The notes under the pieces are model-generated. The model was given only the letters and a program-made list of their open reading frames with translations. It searched no databases and had not been told where the DNA came from. A DNA stretch of 64,000 nucleotides from Entomortierella parvispora E1425 (taxonomy: Eukaryota > Fungi > Mortierellomycota): NCBI GenBank assembly GCA_020891255.1, contig BQFW01000011.1:1922001-1986000 (forward strand), read 5' to 3'. Positions 37,731 through 49,107 of this stretch are shown one piece after another. Each line of letters starts with the position of its first letter. Position 1 is the stretch's first letter. A program made the translations under genes and the position numbers.

Positions 37731-40130
37731 AGTCAACAAACAAACAATAACTGCCATGAAACAATATGATAATGAACAGAGCAATGGGTTAGAGAGGACA
37801 ATAGATGGTTCAAGAAGACAGGAGCAATTGATGAAGTGCAGATGATGTTTGAGGTCTAACTGACGAATGGACTTTAGCTGGCAGCTGACCACATCGAAGA
37901 AAGCAAGCAATAAAGTACATGTAAGCAATGAAGTTACTTCCCTTGAGTCCCATTTTTTTTAGTAATGATTATAAGTCCTAGGCATGTGGACGAGGGTGTG
38001 GGGTGGGATACAAACAAAGAGAGGCGCGAGGCCGCTATCTTGCCGCGGGATACACGGGATTGCGCGTGTGGAGCATGTGCGCCATGCCCCAAAACTCCAC
38101 GCACCCCTGATACCGCCAATTCGATCCGTGCAACAGATCTGGCCTCGTGGCGTGTTCGCCCGTGCAAGGGTCAACAGGATCAGCTGGTTTGGAGGGCATC
38201 GCCGTGAGAAAGCTGAAAAACTGAAAGAGGGAATCGTTTGTTCGTATTTTAGATTTGAAAATTGTTTGTGCTTGTGTAACGGAATCATGGTCCATGCACC
38301 TGATTGCGGGGAAGAGCTGGGCTGGACAAAGACAAGACAGCTGGCCGCTGGCATGTAAGGATGAAGGAGGGCAAAGAGAGGAGCTTGGCTACGGTCGACT
38401 ACAGCACCATTGCCAACGGGTCCCGGAGATCAATCCTGATTTACCTCAACCGCTGCAGGTCAAAGCTCAGCTGTCAAACATGTTTTGGATCCTTATCTTT
38501 GAGCTACCAAGAAAGGGCAACCAAGACGAGCTGCCGTCGATCATTTTGTGTTTTTCCACAGGGGCACATACCCTCAAAAGGAGTAAAATTCCTGGGTGGC
38601 CGTACCCGATTCCTACCTCCTGGCCGCTGAGTTGGCTCCAGCAGTCCCAATTTTCAACGACCGAGGAAGCGATCGACATTGTCTGATCCAGGGCATGTCT
38701 CATGATGGTGGGCCGGGCACCAAAATCGCAGATTTGCGTCTGTTCACCCACTCAGAAATATCCCCGGCGACAGCGAAAGGGCTTTTTTGGCCAGAGATTC
38801 AGAAGGTCGCCAAATACTTTGGAGATAACAAGCAAAAGAGCTTTCATTTCAAAAGTGGAAAAAAATAGATTTATTTCCCAAACCCCGTCAGGCTCGTATG
38901 ATGACAGCGGTACATGACAGCCGATAGATAGACAGTTCCCCCTCCCTTGAGTCCACTTTTTGTTGCTCCCTATCATTGAGGCCCTGCGTGTATCTCTCGA
39001 CTTTGATACACTCTGGGAAACCCACAAGTACAGTTGCCAGATTGCCCACCAGCGTCGCAGGCATCAGAGACAGGCCTTTTTAAACCCTCTTTGGTCGTCC
39101 ACCCCAGTACAAACAGGTAGGAAAAGAGGGTGCCCGGAACCCCTGTAGGAGAACTTCGGAAGAATCTGGCCACCCTATTGGCAGGCGGAGGATCAACTAA
39201 GTCTCGCGGGGATTCATCATTTGGATCCCAGCGGCCATTCATTTCGGTCGAAACGGTACGGGGTGGGGAAAGGAGTGGAGTTGGGGGGCTGCTTTGTCAG
39301 GGGAACACGCTAATCAAGTCTGTGGGACGGGTTCTCTCCCTGGGGCTGTGTATATCTCCCATGTAAAGAAGGAAAAGAAGCCCTGGCCGCTTCCAGCACA
39401 ATAAAGTCCACGGCGAGCGGAGAATGTTTGCCACGCTATCTTGACAAAAATAATTTGTTTATCCCAGCTGAGCAATGGAACGACGACATCATTGTGTCTG
39501 AAGTGGGGGGAGTGGGGCATGAAAAAAGGGCCATTGCTATGTATGTTTGTTGTTGTTATTGTTTTTGGTAACCCCGGATCGAGAAACAGGAATGGGAACA
39601 GGCAGATCCCCTTGAACGGTCCTAACCGCAGCGCCCTTTTTTTTCTTTATCACAATGACACCCTCCCCTCGGATGACGCTGCGGTCCATTGTTGATTGCT
39701 CGTGCAACCACCACCAGTATCACCAGTCCAGGCCGCTCCACATTTTTTGCACCTGCTTGGTGCGACTTTACTCCAAGCATCCACATGCACACAGGATATT
39801 GCGCTATCGGCCTGCAAGCGACTTCACATGAACGGGGTGCGACGGAATAACAGCTTGCGATGTGTCCTGCCTGTGTTGCATGAACTGGAGCAAGGGGGGA
39901 GCGAGAAGATGAGAATCGACCTGTCAGCCAGAGCACAGAGAGGACCAGCCGGGCCTGTAACGCAACGGACAGTAGCGATCAAGACTGGAGAAAAGAAAAA
40001 AAAAAGAAGAAAAGCACAGACACTGCTATTCAATAATCGTCTCATTCAATCCTCCGATCCCCGCACCCTTTCCGGGCGGACCATTTTTTGACGCTCTAAT
40101 CAGCAAGATAAGGATTCGCTGTCTCTCTCG

Positions 40131-40138
40131 TATAAAAG
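40131..40138 (+). promoter_or_regulatory. Candidate TATA box of the creA-like gene
   Basis: TATAAAAG about 120 bp upstream of the ATG, followed by a CT-rich tract. Confidence 0.55.
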
Positions 40139-40253
40139 GGACGCCGCCGCCCAGAACCGCCCCATCTTCTACTTTCTTCTTCTCTTTTCCACTTTCTATC
40201 CCTTCTTCTTTTTCTTCTTTTTTCCCTTTCCCACTCCAACAACACCAATTCAC

Positions 40254-41156
40254 ATGTCCTCTCTCCACGCCGCAGCCAGTTCACTGCTTTCCCTTGCCTC
40301 TCTTGCCTCTTCCTCTGCCCCTATCCGCGCTGCTGCTGCTCCCAAGCAGAAGCGTCAACCTTCCTCTGCTGCATCCTTGACCAGAAGCGGATCGGATGCC
40401 CCTCGTCCTTACAAGTGCCACATCTGCCCTAAATCCTTCCACCGCCTTGAACATCAGACCCGTCACATCCGCACCCACACGGGCGAGCGTCCCCATCAAT
40501 GCACGTTCTTGACCTGCCAAAAGCGCTTCTCGCGCTCGGATGAGTTGACCCGCCACATGCGAATTCACACCACGACAAAGACAAAGAAGGAAAGGGCCTC
40601 TCCCGCTGCCAAGGCTCCTTCTGCTTCACCTAGCCGAAGCGTTAGCCCACCTGCCCATGTCTCGATCAAGCCCTTCATGAAGGTCGTTATGGTGGCGTTC
40701 GAGGGTGAAGAGGACAATGATTATCACTTGCCCTCGCCCACCACTTCGCCTCGTATGTCCTCGACCTCTGCCGTCTCGCCAAGAGCATCGCCCTACCCAA
40801 TGGTCGCCAAGAAGCGTGTTGTCCAGCAACAGCAGCAGCAGCAGCAGCAGCAGCACTCACCCCCTGCCTCTGCCAACTCGTCGCCTGTGTCGATGATCAT
40901 GTCAGACTGCGAATCCGATGCTTCGGCCTCGCCCTTGTTCACACCAGAATCATCGCCTGTGCCTGCTCCTTCCATGGTGACCTCCACACCTGCTTCATTG
41001 GCCTACTTCTCGGTCAAGGCCGTGTCAGGTCCTTTGTTCAAGTCAGCGCAACCCCAACAGTCAGAGTTCCCTACCTTGGCTCCTTTGTACTCGAGCGGTC
41101 GCCAGTCGATGAACTTGCCCCCGATCTCCATGATCATGGACTCTCTCTACCAATAA
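40254..41156 (+). CDS. creA: C2H2 zinc-finger carbon catabolite repressor, CreA/Mig1 family, intronless
   Basis: [48 protein letters not shown]; C-terminal LPPI effector-like motif. Confidence 0.9.
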   Translation: MSSLHAAASSLLSLASLASSSAPIRAAAAPKQKRQPSSAASLTRSGSDAPRPYKCHICPKSFHRLEHQTRHIRTHTGERPHQCTFLTCQKRFSRSDELTRHMRIHTTTKTKKERASPAAKAPSASPSRSVSPPAHVSIKPFMKVVMVAFEGEEDNDYHLPSPTTSPRMSSTSAVSPRASPYPMVAKKRVVQQQQQQQQQQHSPPASANSSPVSMIMSDCESDASASPLFTPESSPVPAPSMVTSTPASLAYFSVKAVSGPLFKSAQPQQSEFPTLAPLYSSGRQSMNLPPISMIMDSLYQ

Positions 41157-41523
41157 TTTTCCATTATTGGACCCTTTTCTTTCTTCCATTTCTCGTTCAC
41201 TGTAACAACTCTTTTTTTTCCCTTCTTTACAACACTTGTACATATAGTCATTTTCTTGCCACACTACTACTGTTACTTTTTTCATTTGCCACAACAGCAT
41301 CAATGGCGATCATAATGCCCTCTCTTGTACAACAATAGCAAACAACATCCAGCATTTCATTTCAACAACAATAATAAAAATCTGTTGCTCTTTCTAGTAT
41401 CAATAATACCTGTACCTTATTCGCTGGGGAATGGAGGATGGGGATGGGGGTAATCAAAGACTTTGAAGAGGGTAGTGATGGTATAAAGGTGTAGAGTTGG
41501 GAGGGAGCGACAACAAAGAAGGT

Positions 41524-42773
41524 TTACTCAAATGCGAGTTCCTCCTCAAGACCGTCCGCGGCGGCGACGGGGTCGGCGGAAACGTGAAGGCAAGCCTCCA
41601 ATGAATTGGAGACGCTGACAAGGAGGCCCAAGTTAACCTGGGCGTACTCCTTCCAATCCTCCTCCAAAGGCTGCTGCAACAAACCCTCGCGGTAGTTCTC
41701 CAACAGGCGAGTAGCAAAGATGGGGCGAGTCGCCAGCAGATCGTCATTCTTGGACGCGATCGAGGTCTTGGCCATCAAACCAAGGACCGCGTGGGAGCCA
41801 GAAGTAAGACGCTTCATCTCCTCTGAGGCCGACTCGGAGACCTTGGGCGCGTATTGAGCGGAAGCGATCACACCCTCGCGATAAATGTCAGCCAAGAGGC
41901 TGCAATGGTTCACGTCAAAAGTAGACATGGCTGTCAGACCGAAGATTGCTGTAGGCGCCTGGGTGGAAGGGTCCACCGATGGACCAATGCAAATGGCAAA
42001 GAGAGAGAGATTTTTTTGGATCCTTTGCAAAATATGGAGGACAATCGAGATGTTTGGATGCTTGAACCAGGGCTGTATAGCCGTTAGTATGGCCGTAAAA
42101 ACCGAATTGAGAGGCCCAAAAATGATTTTGCTGTAGTTGTAGATTGAGGCACGAATTGATGCTACCAACTTCTTGACTGGCTCTTCTATGAGCCAGACAT
42201 AAGGCTGCAACTTTTCAATTGAGGAAATGGCACTCTCGATAAGGTGCGGGATTTTGTCCAAGGCGTCGTCCAAGAGGGTCCTGACCTCCTTACACTCAGA
42301 AGTCGATGGGACGTCAGCTGCTGGTACGAGGTAGCTTAAAGGTCTCTTCAGGTTCAGCTCATCAAGAGCTGAGGGATATGGCTCTTGAAGTTGGGCTATA
42401 ATGGTGGCCTCATCTTGCTTGAAAAAGTCCTCGCCCTCTCTCAGTTGAGCAACGGTCGCCAGTGCATCTGGGTTAGGTCCCTCAAGACCTCGCAGGAAAA
42501 TGGCTCGGAACTCGGGTTCGGTGATGATGTCTCGGACTGCATCACGCTGGAGACTTTGAGCAAAGTAGTACTGGTCGGTGGGGGCTAAAGATCGAGATTG
42601 GGAGAAGAAGATGCGTCAGGTGAGTTGATCTGAACAATACTTGTTTTCAAGATACCAAAAAAAAAAAAAAAAAAAAAAAAGAGAATGGCATTGGAGGACT
42701 ACAAACCTTCCTCAGCCTTCGCAGCCAGTACGAATGCCACTGCTATACATGCACTGAGGGTCACTAATCTCAT
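41524..42773 (-). CDS. Orphan secreted, mostly helical protein (about 385 aa), 2 exons
   Basis: Signal peptide MRLVTLSACIAVAFVLAAKA; intron 42706-42585; open frame from 42584 to the stop at 41524, checked codon by codon into the listed ORF. Confidence 0.75.
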
Positions 42774-43292
42774 AGTTGTACCGAGTTCTTGGGGAGCCTG
42801 GAGGATGGAATGTCGAGTTGAAAGCTGTGGGGCTGAAGAGTGAAAAAGAGAAGAGAGAGGAGCAAAGAAAAAAAGGAAAAACTTGCTGTCAGCACCAAGA
42901 CCCTTTAATATCTTGGACGTCGTGAAAGGCAGTGCGAAGAACGCGTTTGATGACAGCAAAAAGGGGTATACGCCCAGCAAAAGGATTGGAGTGTGTTTAG
43001 GGATCGAACAGAACTAAAAAAACCGAATGGAGTGCTCCATGCCAAGGATCTGGTCGCTGATCAAAATTCTCAGTGATCGAGCATTGAATTTGTCTCTACT
43101 ATAGTCATTATTCACCCACCCCTGGCGGATGAATTCATCGAGCTCTGTTTATTTCCTACATTGACAGTGAATGCCAGTCTCTTTCTTCGGGGGCATGGTT
43201 GATATTGATTTGCTGTGGTATCTACAATGACAGTGGTCAGGTAACGCCGGCATTGCCATGTTCCAGAATCGGGGGTTGATATCTTTCTGTCC

Positions 43293-44102
43293 TTACTCCT
43301 CATCACTGTCGCCCAATTCGCCCAATTCTTCGAGCTCAGTCTTGGCTCCAGCAGGGTCCGAGGCAACTCGAATACACGAATACACGCTTCCAGTGCCTTC
43401 GAGACACCAACGATCACGCCCAAAGAAGATTGAGCATAGATTTTGTCTTTCTCGCTTGGTGGAGACGCTAAGCAGCGCATCACGGTACTAGCTCAACAAG
43501 TCAGCAATGAAGATGGAATGACTCTTGAGCAAATCGCTGTTCGAAGATAGGATCGCATTACGACTAGCATCCAAAATGGCAAGAGTGCCGACCAGAGCGC
43601 GTCCCAAGGTATCATCGGTTTCCGCAATGAGAGGAAAGTTTGTGCACGCAACAAGGACTCCGTAAAGATCTGCAGTTGCATCGCGGTGCTGTGATGTGAT
43701 CTCGTTCTTGGAAACCCAATGGACTTGAGACAATGAACCGCTTTTCTGACGATGGGCTTGAAGTCGCCAATGGCTTCAAGATCGGCGTAAAGTCCAGGGG
43801 GATGGGCATGAATTGGATCGCCTTCAAGGATAGCCTCAGTGCATTGAACGCAAAGTCGAGCGACGGGGCCGAGAAGTGTGTCGCCAGTTTCAAAAGCACC
43901 CAAGAGGCCTTCAACGGCCTCTTTCATGTATGTAAAGCCAACGCCAACAACAGGAAGGCTGGAGCTGCTCAGCGCCGTCAGAGCGCGCAACTGTTCAGAA
44001 AGAGCTTCCTTAAGTTCACAACCTTCGCTTGTGGCATCGAAGTTATCCTCTTCTGTTGTGGATTTGATAAGTGCAGTGCGGAAAGAGCGAAAGGGTTTTC
44101 AT
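43293..44102 (-). pseudogene. Pseudogenised tandem paralog of the 41524-42773 secreted protein
   Basis: Reconstructed frames align to the neighbour (KIYAQSSLGVIVGVSKALEACIRV vs KEYAQVNLGLLVSVSNSLEACLHV). They are broken by several frameshifts, an in-frame TAG (43490-43488) and an 8-bp duplication (43370-43385). Confidence 0.8.
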
Positions 44103-44280
44103 GCTAAAGGTGTGTGTTGGAAGGCTATTGTGGAAGGAGTGGAGGAGCAGAGGGTTGTGGAAGAAGGAGCAAGGTGCGCGAGCTGAAGGATTGGGTTCGA
44201 AGAGGATACAGAATCGTTGAAAAAAGGGGTGGGCGCCCGCCACCAACCCGAGCGCATCCTCCGATTCCACAGCACAAGCC

Positions 44281-44319
<39 letters not shown>

Positions 44320-44393
44320 GCATGGTCCTGTCAGCGAGTCGTACATTCATTCATCTACCCATCTCTCTGCAATCTGGATCATAGAAAGAAACA

Positions 44394-45605
44394 ATGGCTA
44401 CCAACAAGACCTTCGACACTCTTACCGAGGACCTGATCGAGATTCTGGCTTCATATCTCGAACCTCTGGACATGCTCAACCTCGGAGCCACCTGCAAACA
44501 CCTCTACAAGTCCATCAATCGACCTGAAATCTGGGAGCAGTACGTCCAATGAACCCCCATTCCATCTCTCTACATATTCAAAAATGCAAACGGAGCAGGT
44601 GCTTTTACCTAATAGCAGGAGAGGGGGTGCCATGCTCGATGTTACTTGTTGGCTGTACTCGCGTCTAATTCACCTCGATTTCCTTTGTTTTTCACAATCC
44701 GTAACGTAGCAAGGCGGTCGATGACTTTGGAGATCGCTTTACCATCACTCAGATCCTGGACTCTGCTGGATTGGATCTTGGCGGAGAGAACAAACCTGAG
44801 CCATCCGATTGGCGTGCGTACTACAGAGAGAGACATTTGGCCATGGCCGAAATGAACAAGGATCCCGACGCGTTGATTGCAAAGTCCGAGAAGGATTACG
44901 AAGAGGCTCAAGAGTTATTGAAGAGCTTTCAGTCAACGGGCGACGTTGAAGCTTTGAGCAAGGCCGCTCAGTTGAACGTTGGGATTTTGGGTATGGAATA
45001 CGGCAAGGGCATCTTTGAGACACCAATTCGATTTGATATTGCGTCCTAACTCATTATTCATCTGGCACATAGACAACTTCCCTGGACATGCCGGCTGCTA
45101 CCACCTTCTTGGATTCACCCTTTACGTGCTCAACGAATTGGAGGATGCTCTCTCATTATTGGATATCGGAAGTGTGGTTGACCCTGACTATGGCCCTATT
45201 ATCGAGCTTACACATGAGATCCATAATTTGCAAGAGGGATATGGATCTACCATGACAGAGGGAGCTCCTCTCTTGGACAACTCAAAGGAGCTTTCGGCAC
45301 CTCTGAAGTTCGTTTTGACATCCATTTTCAACAGCTTTGACCAGGACCAGGATGGCTCGCTCTCACCCGCAGAGCTTTCTGAATTCGTCTTTGTTACCAA
45401 TGGAAGTCGCCCCCCGAAGGCGTTCTTGACTCAGATGGGCATTCAGTTTGGAAAGGATGCCAAGGGATATTTGACTTTGGAAGGATTCTTCAACTTTTTC
45501 TTGGAGCAGACTTTGGAGGATCCTATTGAGACAAGACGTGACATCGAGAAGCATGGATGGGATGGCGATCGACTGGTTCGTATCGAAATTGCCAAGAACG
45601 CATAG
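44394..45605 (+). CDS. F-box protein with TPR-like helices and C-terminal EF-hand pair, 3 exons (about 319 aa)
   Basis: F-box FDTLTEDLIEILASYLEPLDMLNLGATCKHLY..IW; exons 44394-44539, 44710-44990, 45073-45605 in frame; canonical EF loop DQDQDGSLSPAE. Confidence 0.8.
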
Positions 45606-45778
45606 AGTTTTGAGGGTAGAAAAAATAAAATGTATTGTACAGCCTCTGTGAAGAAACAAAAAAAAAAGTTCAATGCAAAGCATTCTAGCTATGCTTTGCT
45701 CCGGCAAGTGGTCGTCGTTTTTTTTTCTGATTTCTAGAGGATCAACTTGACTGGAGGTAAAGGCTCGGTGAACGTCTA

Positions 45779-46708
45779 TCACTTTGCTGCCAATTCGGCT
45801 TCGAGACGTTTGATCTTTTCCCGATGCCGTACGACCTCCTGGTTGGTAGTCTTGAGGGCCTTCTCCAAACGCTCGACCTCCTCCTGCTCAGCTTGAAGAC
45901 TGAACTGATGATTGGGCGTCTTTTTCAGTGGAATGTTGGAAGCAGTGTTTTCCTGTAGCAAGTTGTAAAAGGCGTCGATGGGTTCATTGAATACCTAGGA
46001 AAGGGGACAAGGAGCGTCAATAGGTATCTAGAACGGGACTCATCCACAGAGTCACACCCACTCGCATGAAGAAAAAAAAACCATCCACGTTGCTGACTTA
46101 CGACTTCCTCGTAGTTGTAACTAGTGACAGGCTTCTGTTTTGGCCATGGGTTCCCCAGACCATCCTCCTCGTACGGATGCAATTTGAGATGGTGATAAAG
46201 CGTCAGCGGCTTTTCTCCACTGATAGGGTTGAAGTGAATCTTGATAATAATGTCAAACTCGCCCCATCCTGTCTCTGTCACCTCGAATGGGGGCTTCTCA
46301 ATCACTGCAGGTTTGAAGGAAAGCAGTAGCGTCAGCAGGATTGATCCGTTACGCTTCTTTGCATGAAAAAAAGTAGGAGGATGTCGAAAAAAAAACTCAC
46401 CTCTGTTTGGGTTTTCATATGTGTCGTGGAGCTTGAAGGCGACTTTGCGGATCAAATATGTAATATCCTCGTTGTTGATTCCACGAACAGAGATTGTCCA
46501 GCGATGAGTGTGGTCCGAGTCATTGACCTTCTTGCCATGAAGCGGCGTTGCTGAGTTTCCGTAAATGATGGGTCTCGAGACCGAGATCCCCTGCGGAATT
46601 GCGCATGCACACAAGATTAGTGGACCAGAAACAAAATGCAGTTGTTGTGTTCTGGTTCTCCTGATCTGGTCAGTCTGGTCCTACCTTCATACGCTTGATG
46701 GAGGTCAT
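45779..46708 (-). CDS. YAF9: YEATS-domain protein Yaf9/GAS41 (NuA4/SWR1 subunit), multi-exon
   Basis: MTSIKRMK|GISVSRPIIYGN, HTHRWT, VAFKLHDTYENPNR, PPFEVTETGWGEFDI, C-terminal coiled coil. Confidence 0.93.
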
Positions 46709-46928
46709 TTCTGTTTACTGTCAGTCCTGGGTCCTGTGCGAATCGAGTGGATGCAAAATCAACGATGCCATCAATCCATGTCCACCAGGCAAGAAATTCA
46801 ACGAGCCAATATGCACGTGATTTCGATCTGCGCCCGCCCGCGAGGCCCGTTCCCATGGCATGCCTGGAAGCATGCGATGCATGCACACAGCATTGTTCCG
46901 ACACCCACGCCCATCCAGCTGTGCTGTC

Positions 46929-48545
46929 ATGTTCACCCGCTTTGCTAAAAGGACAACGACCTCTACCTCTTCTTATTCCTTCTTCCTTCACTCCTCGTTC
47001 CCACGCCGCACTCAAGTTCTCCCCCGATCCTTCGCTGCATTTTACTCTTCAACCAACATGTCTCCCACGTTCACCATCAACTCGACCACAGGCTCGGGCA
47101 CGTTCCCGCACTTTGTTGGCCCCTTCATCGATGGCTCTTTCCAGCCCACGCTTTCCCCTTCGCCTGCCACTCGCGCGTTGCTCAATCCCTGCTCTGAGGA
47201 GCTCATCGTCAACGTGAACGAAGCTGGGCCCGAGGACGTCGATCAGGCCGTCAAGGTCGCTCAGGCCGCCCTCAAGGGTCCTTGGAAGGACTTCACAGGC
47301 AGAAAGCGTCGAGACATTCTGCTCTCCATTGCGAACGTTGTCGAATCTCATATCAAGGACCTGACGCTGCTCGAGGCCGCCTGCGGAAAACCCTATGCGG
47401 AAGCTCGATTGGACATTGAGGAGGTCATCGAATGCTTCCGTCACTTTGCTGGATTCGCGGACAAGCTCCATGGTCAGAGCTTTGCTACCGAAGAGAACCT
47501 CAAGTCGTACACTCTCCGCAAGCCCGTTGGAGTGTGTGGTCTGATCACTTCATTCAACTACCCTTTGGTGCTCGCGGCCTGGAAGATCGCTCCTGCCCTG
47601 GCTTGCGGCAACACGATCATTCTCAAGCCCGCCCCCCAAACGCCTCTTTCATCGCTGATGTTTGGGCAACTCATTGCCAAACATACAGAGTTGCCCAAGG
47701 GCGTGCTCAATGTCCTTCCTGGAGGAGAAGCTGTAGGAAGTGCCATTGTCAGCCACATGGGGATCCAGAAGTGCAGCTTCACTGGGTCTGGCAATGTTGG
47801 TCGCAAAGTTATGGCTGGTGCCTCGAGCAGTAACCTGAAGTCGATCACGTTGGAGCTCGGCGGCAAGAGTCCTCTGATCGTCTTTGCAGACGCTGATTTG
47901 GATGTGGTCGTTGAGGACGTGTTTGGAGCCATCTTTTCCAACATGGGCCAGAACTGTTGTGCTGGTTCCCGCCTGTTCTTGGAGAAGGGCATCGAGGAGG
48001 ATTTCTTGAAGAAGTTGAAGGCCCGTGTGGAGCAGGTCAAGATTGGTAATACGTTGGATCCTCAATATGACTTTGGCGCCTTGGTGGATCGCGCCCAGTT
48101 CGAGCGAGTCATGGGTTTCTTTGAGAGAGCTAAGAAGGAGGGCAAATCCGAGCTGGTGGTTGGAGGTAAGCGCCATGGAAGCAAGGGATACTTTGTGGAA
48201 CCGACCATCTACCGCAACGTGGACGAGAAATCCACCCTGGCGGTCGATGAGATCTTTGGTCCTGTTCTCTCCATCATGAAGCCCTTCAGCACTATTGAGG
48301 AGGCCCTTGAGCGCGCCAATGCGACCCCCTACGGCTTGGCCTCGGGTGTCTGGACCAAGGACCTGAGCAAAGCTGAACGATGCATCCAAGAACTGCAGAC
48401 AGGCGTGACATGGGTGAATACCTACAACCTGTGCTCGAGCCACTTGCCTTTTGGAGGAGTGAAGGAGAGTGGAATCGGAAAGGATCTCGGGGCTGCCTCC
48501 CTGGACGAGTACACGAGGGTGAAGGCTGTCACTATTCGCGTGTAG
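46929..48545 (+). CDS. NAD(P)+-dependent aldehyde dehydrogenase (ALDH1/2-like), intronless; second in-frame ATG at 47058
   Basis: PVGVCGLITSFNYP, KPAPQTP, FTGS, catalytic LELGGKSP and GQNCCAG, EIFGPV, PFGGVKESG. Confidence 0.95.
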   Translation: MFTRFAKRTTTSTSSYSFFLHSSFPRRTQVLPRSFAAFYSSTNMSPTFTINSTTGSGTFPHFVGPFIDGSFQPTLSPSPATRALLNPCSEELIVNVNEAGPEDVDQAVKVAQAALKGPWKDFTGRKRRDILLSIANVVESHIKDLTLLEAACGKPYAEARLDIEEVIECFRHFAGFADKLHGQSFATEENLKSYTLRKPVGVCGLITSFNYPLVLAAWKIAPALACGNTIILKPAPQTPLSSLMFGQLIAKHTELPKGVLNVLPGGEAVGSAIVSHMGIQKCSFTGSGNVGRKVMAGASSSNLKSITLELGGKSPLIVFADADLDVVVEDVFGAIFSNMGQNCCAGSRLFLEKGIEEDFLKKLKARVEQVKIGNTLDPQYDFGALVDRAQFERVMGFFERAKKEGKSELVVGGKRHGSKGYFVEPTIYRNVDEKSTLAVDEIFGPVLSIMKPFSTIEEALERANATPYGLASGVWTKDLSKAERCIQELQTGVTWVNTYNLCSSHLPFGGVKESGIGKDLGAASLDEYTRVKAVTIRV

Positions 48546-49107
48546 GTGTTGTTGTTTTTTTTTGCCGTCCCACGCGATATACTCCTGAATAAAGAAACAA
48601 AGATACTTCACAGAGAGCTAAGCACGAGGCACATCTTTGTCAATCAGATGCTCAGCACTTTGCTCATTGCCACTGTCGTTTGTTCGTTGCTCTGATCGCC
48701 TGCTACGTGTGTGTGTGTCCGCCGTCCACCCTCGTGCAGGTTGCAGTACTGAGTCAGCAACGCAAAAATAAGAAGCCGATCTGGATTTGACAAAGGCGTC
48801 CTGAAGCTGGGTGGCGACAAGTTAGCAATCAGCTCTCTCTTCCTCTGGTTCTCTTTCTTTCTCTGATCAGTCCCCCACTCCCCTTTATTGCTCTCTTTCT
48901 TCTTTCCCTCTTTCCCTCTTCCTCCTCCCTCTTCCTCCCTTCCTCGTCCTCACCCACTCCACCCTTTGGCCCTCTCTCCTTCATATCTCTCCTCTCCCTT
49001 TCCAATTCACTGTTTTCCGGTCCTCCTTTCTTGCACTCCAAACTTGAAATAGGCAACCCCTTGAAGTCTGCCATCTTCCCTAAACCACAGACAACCTCCA
49101 ACTCTCC

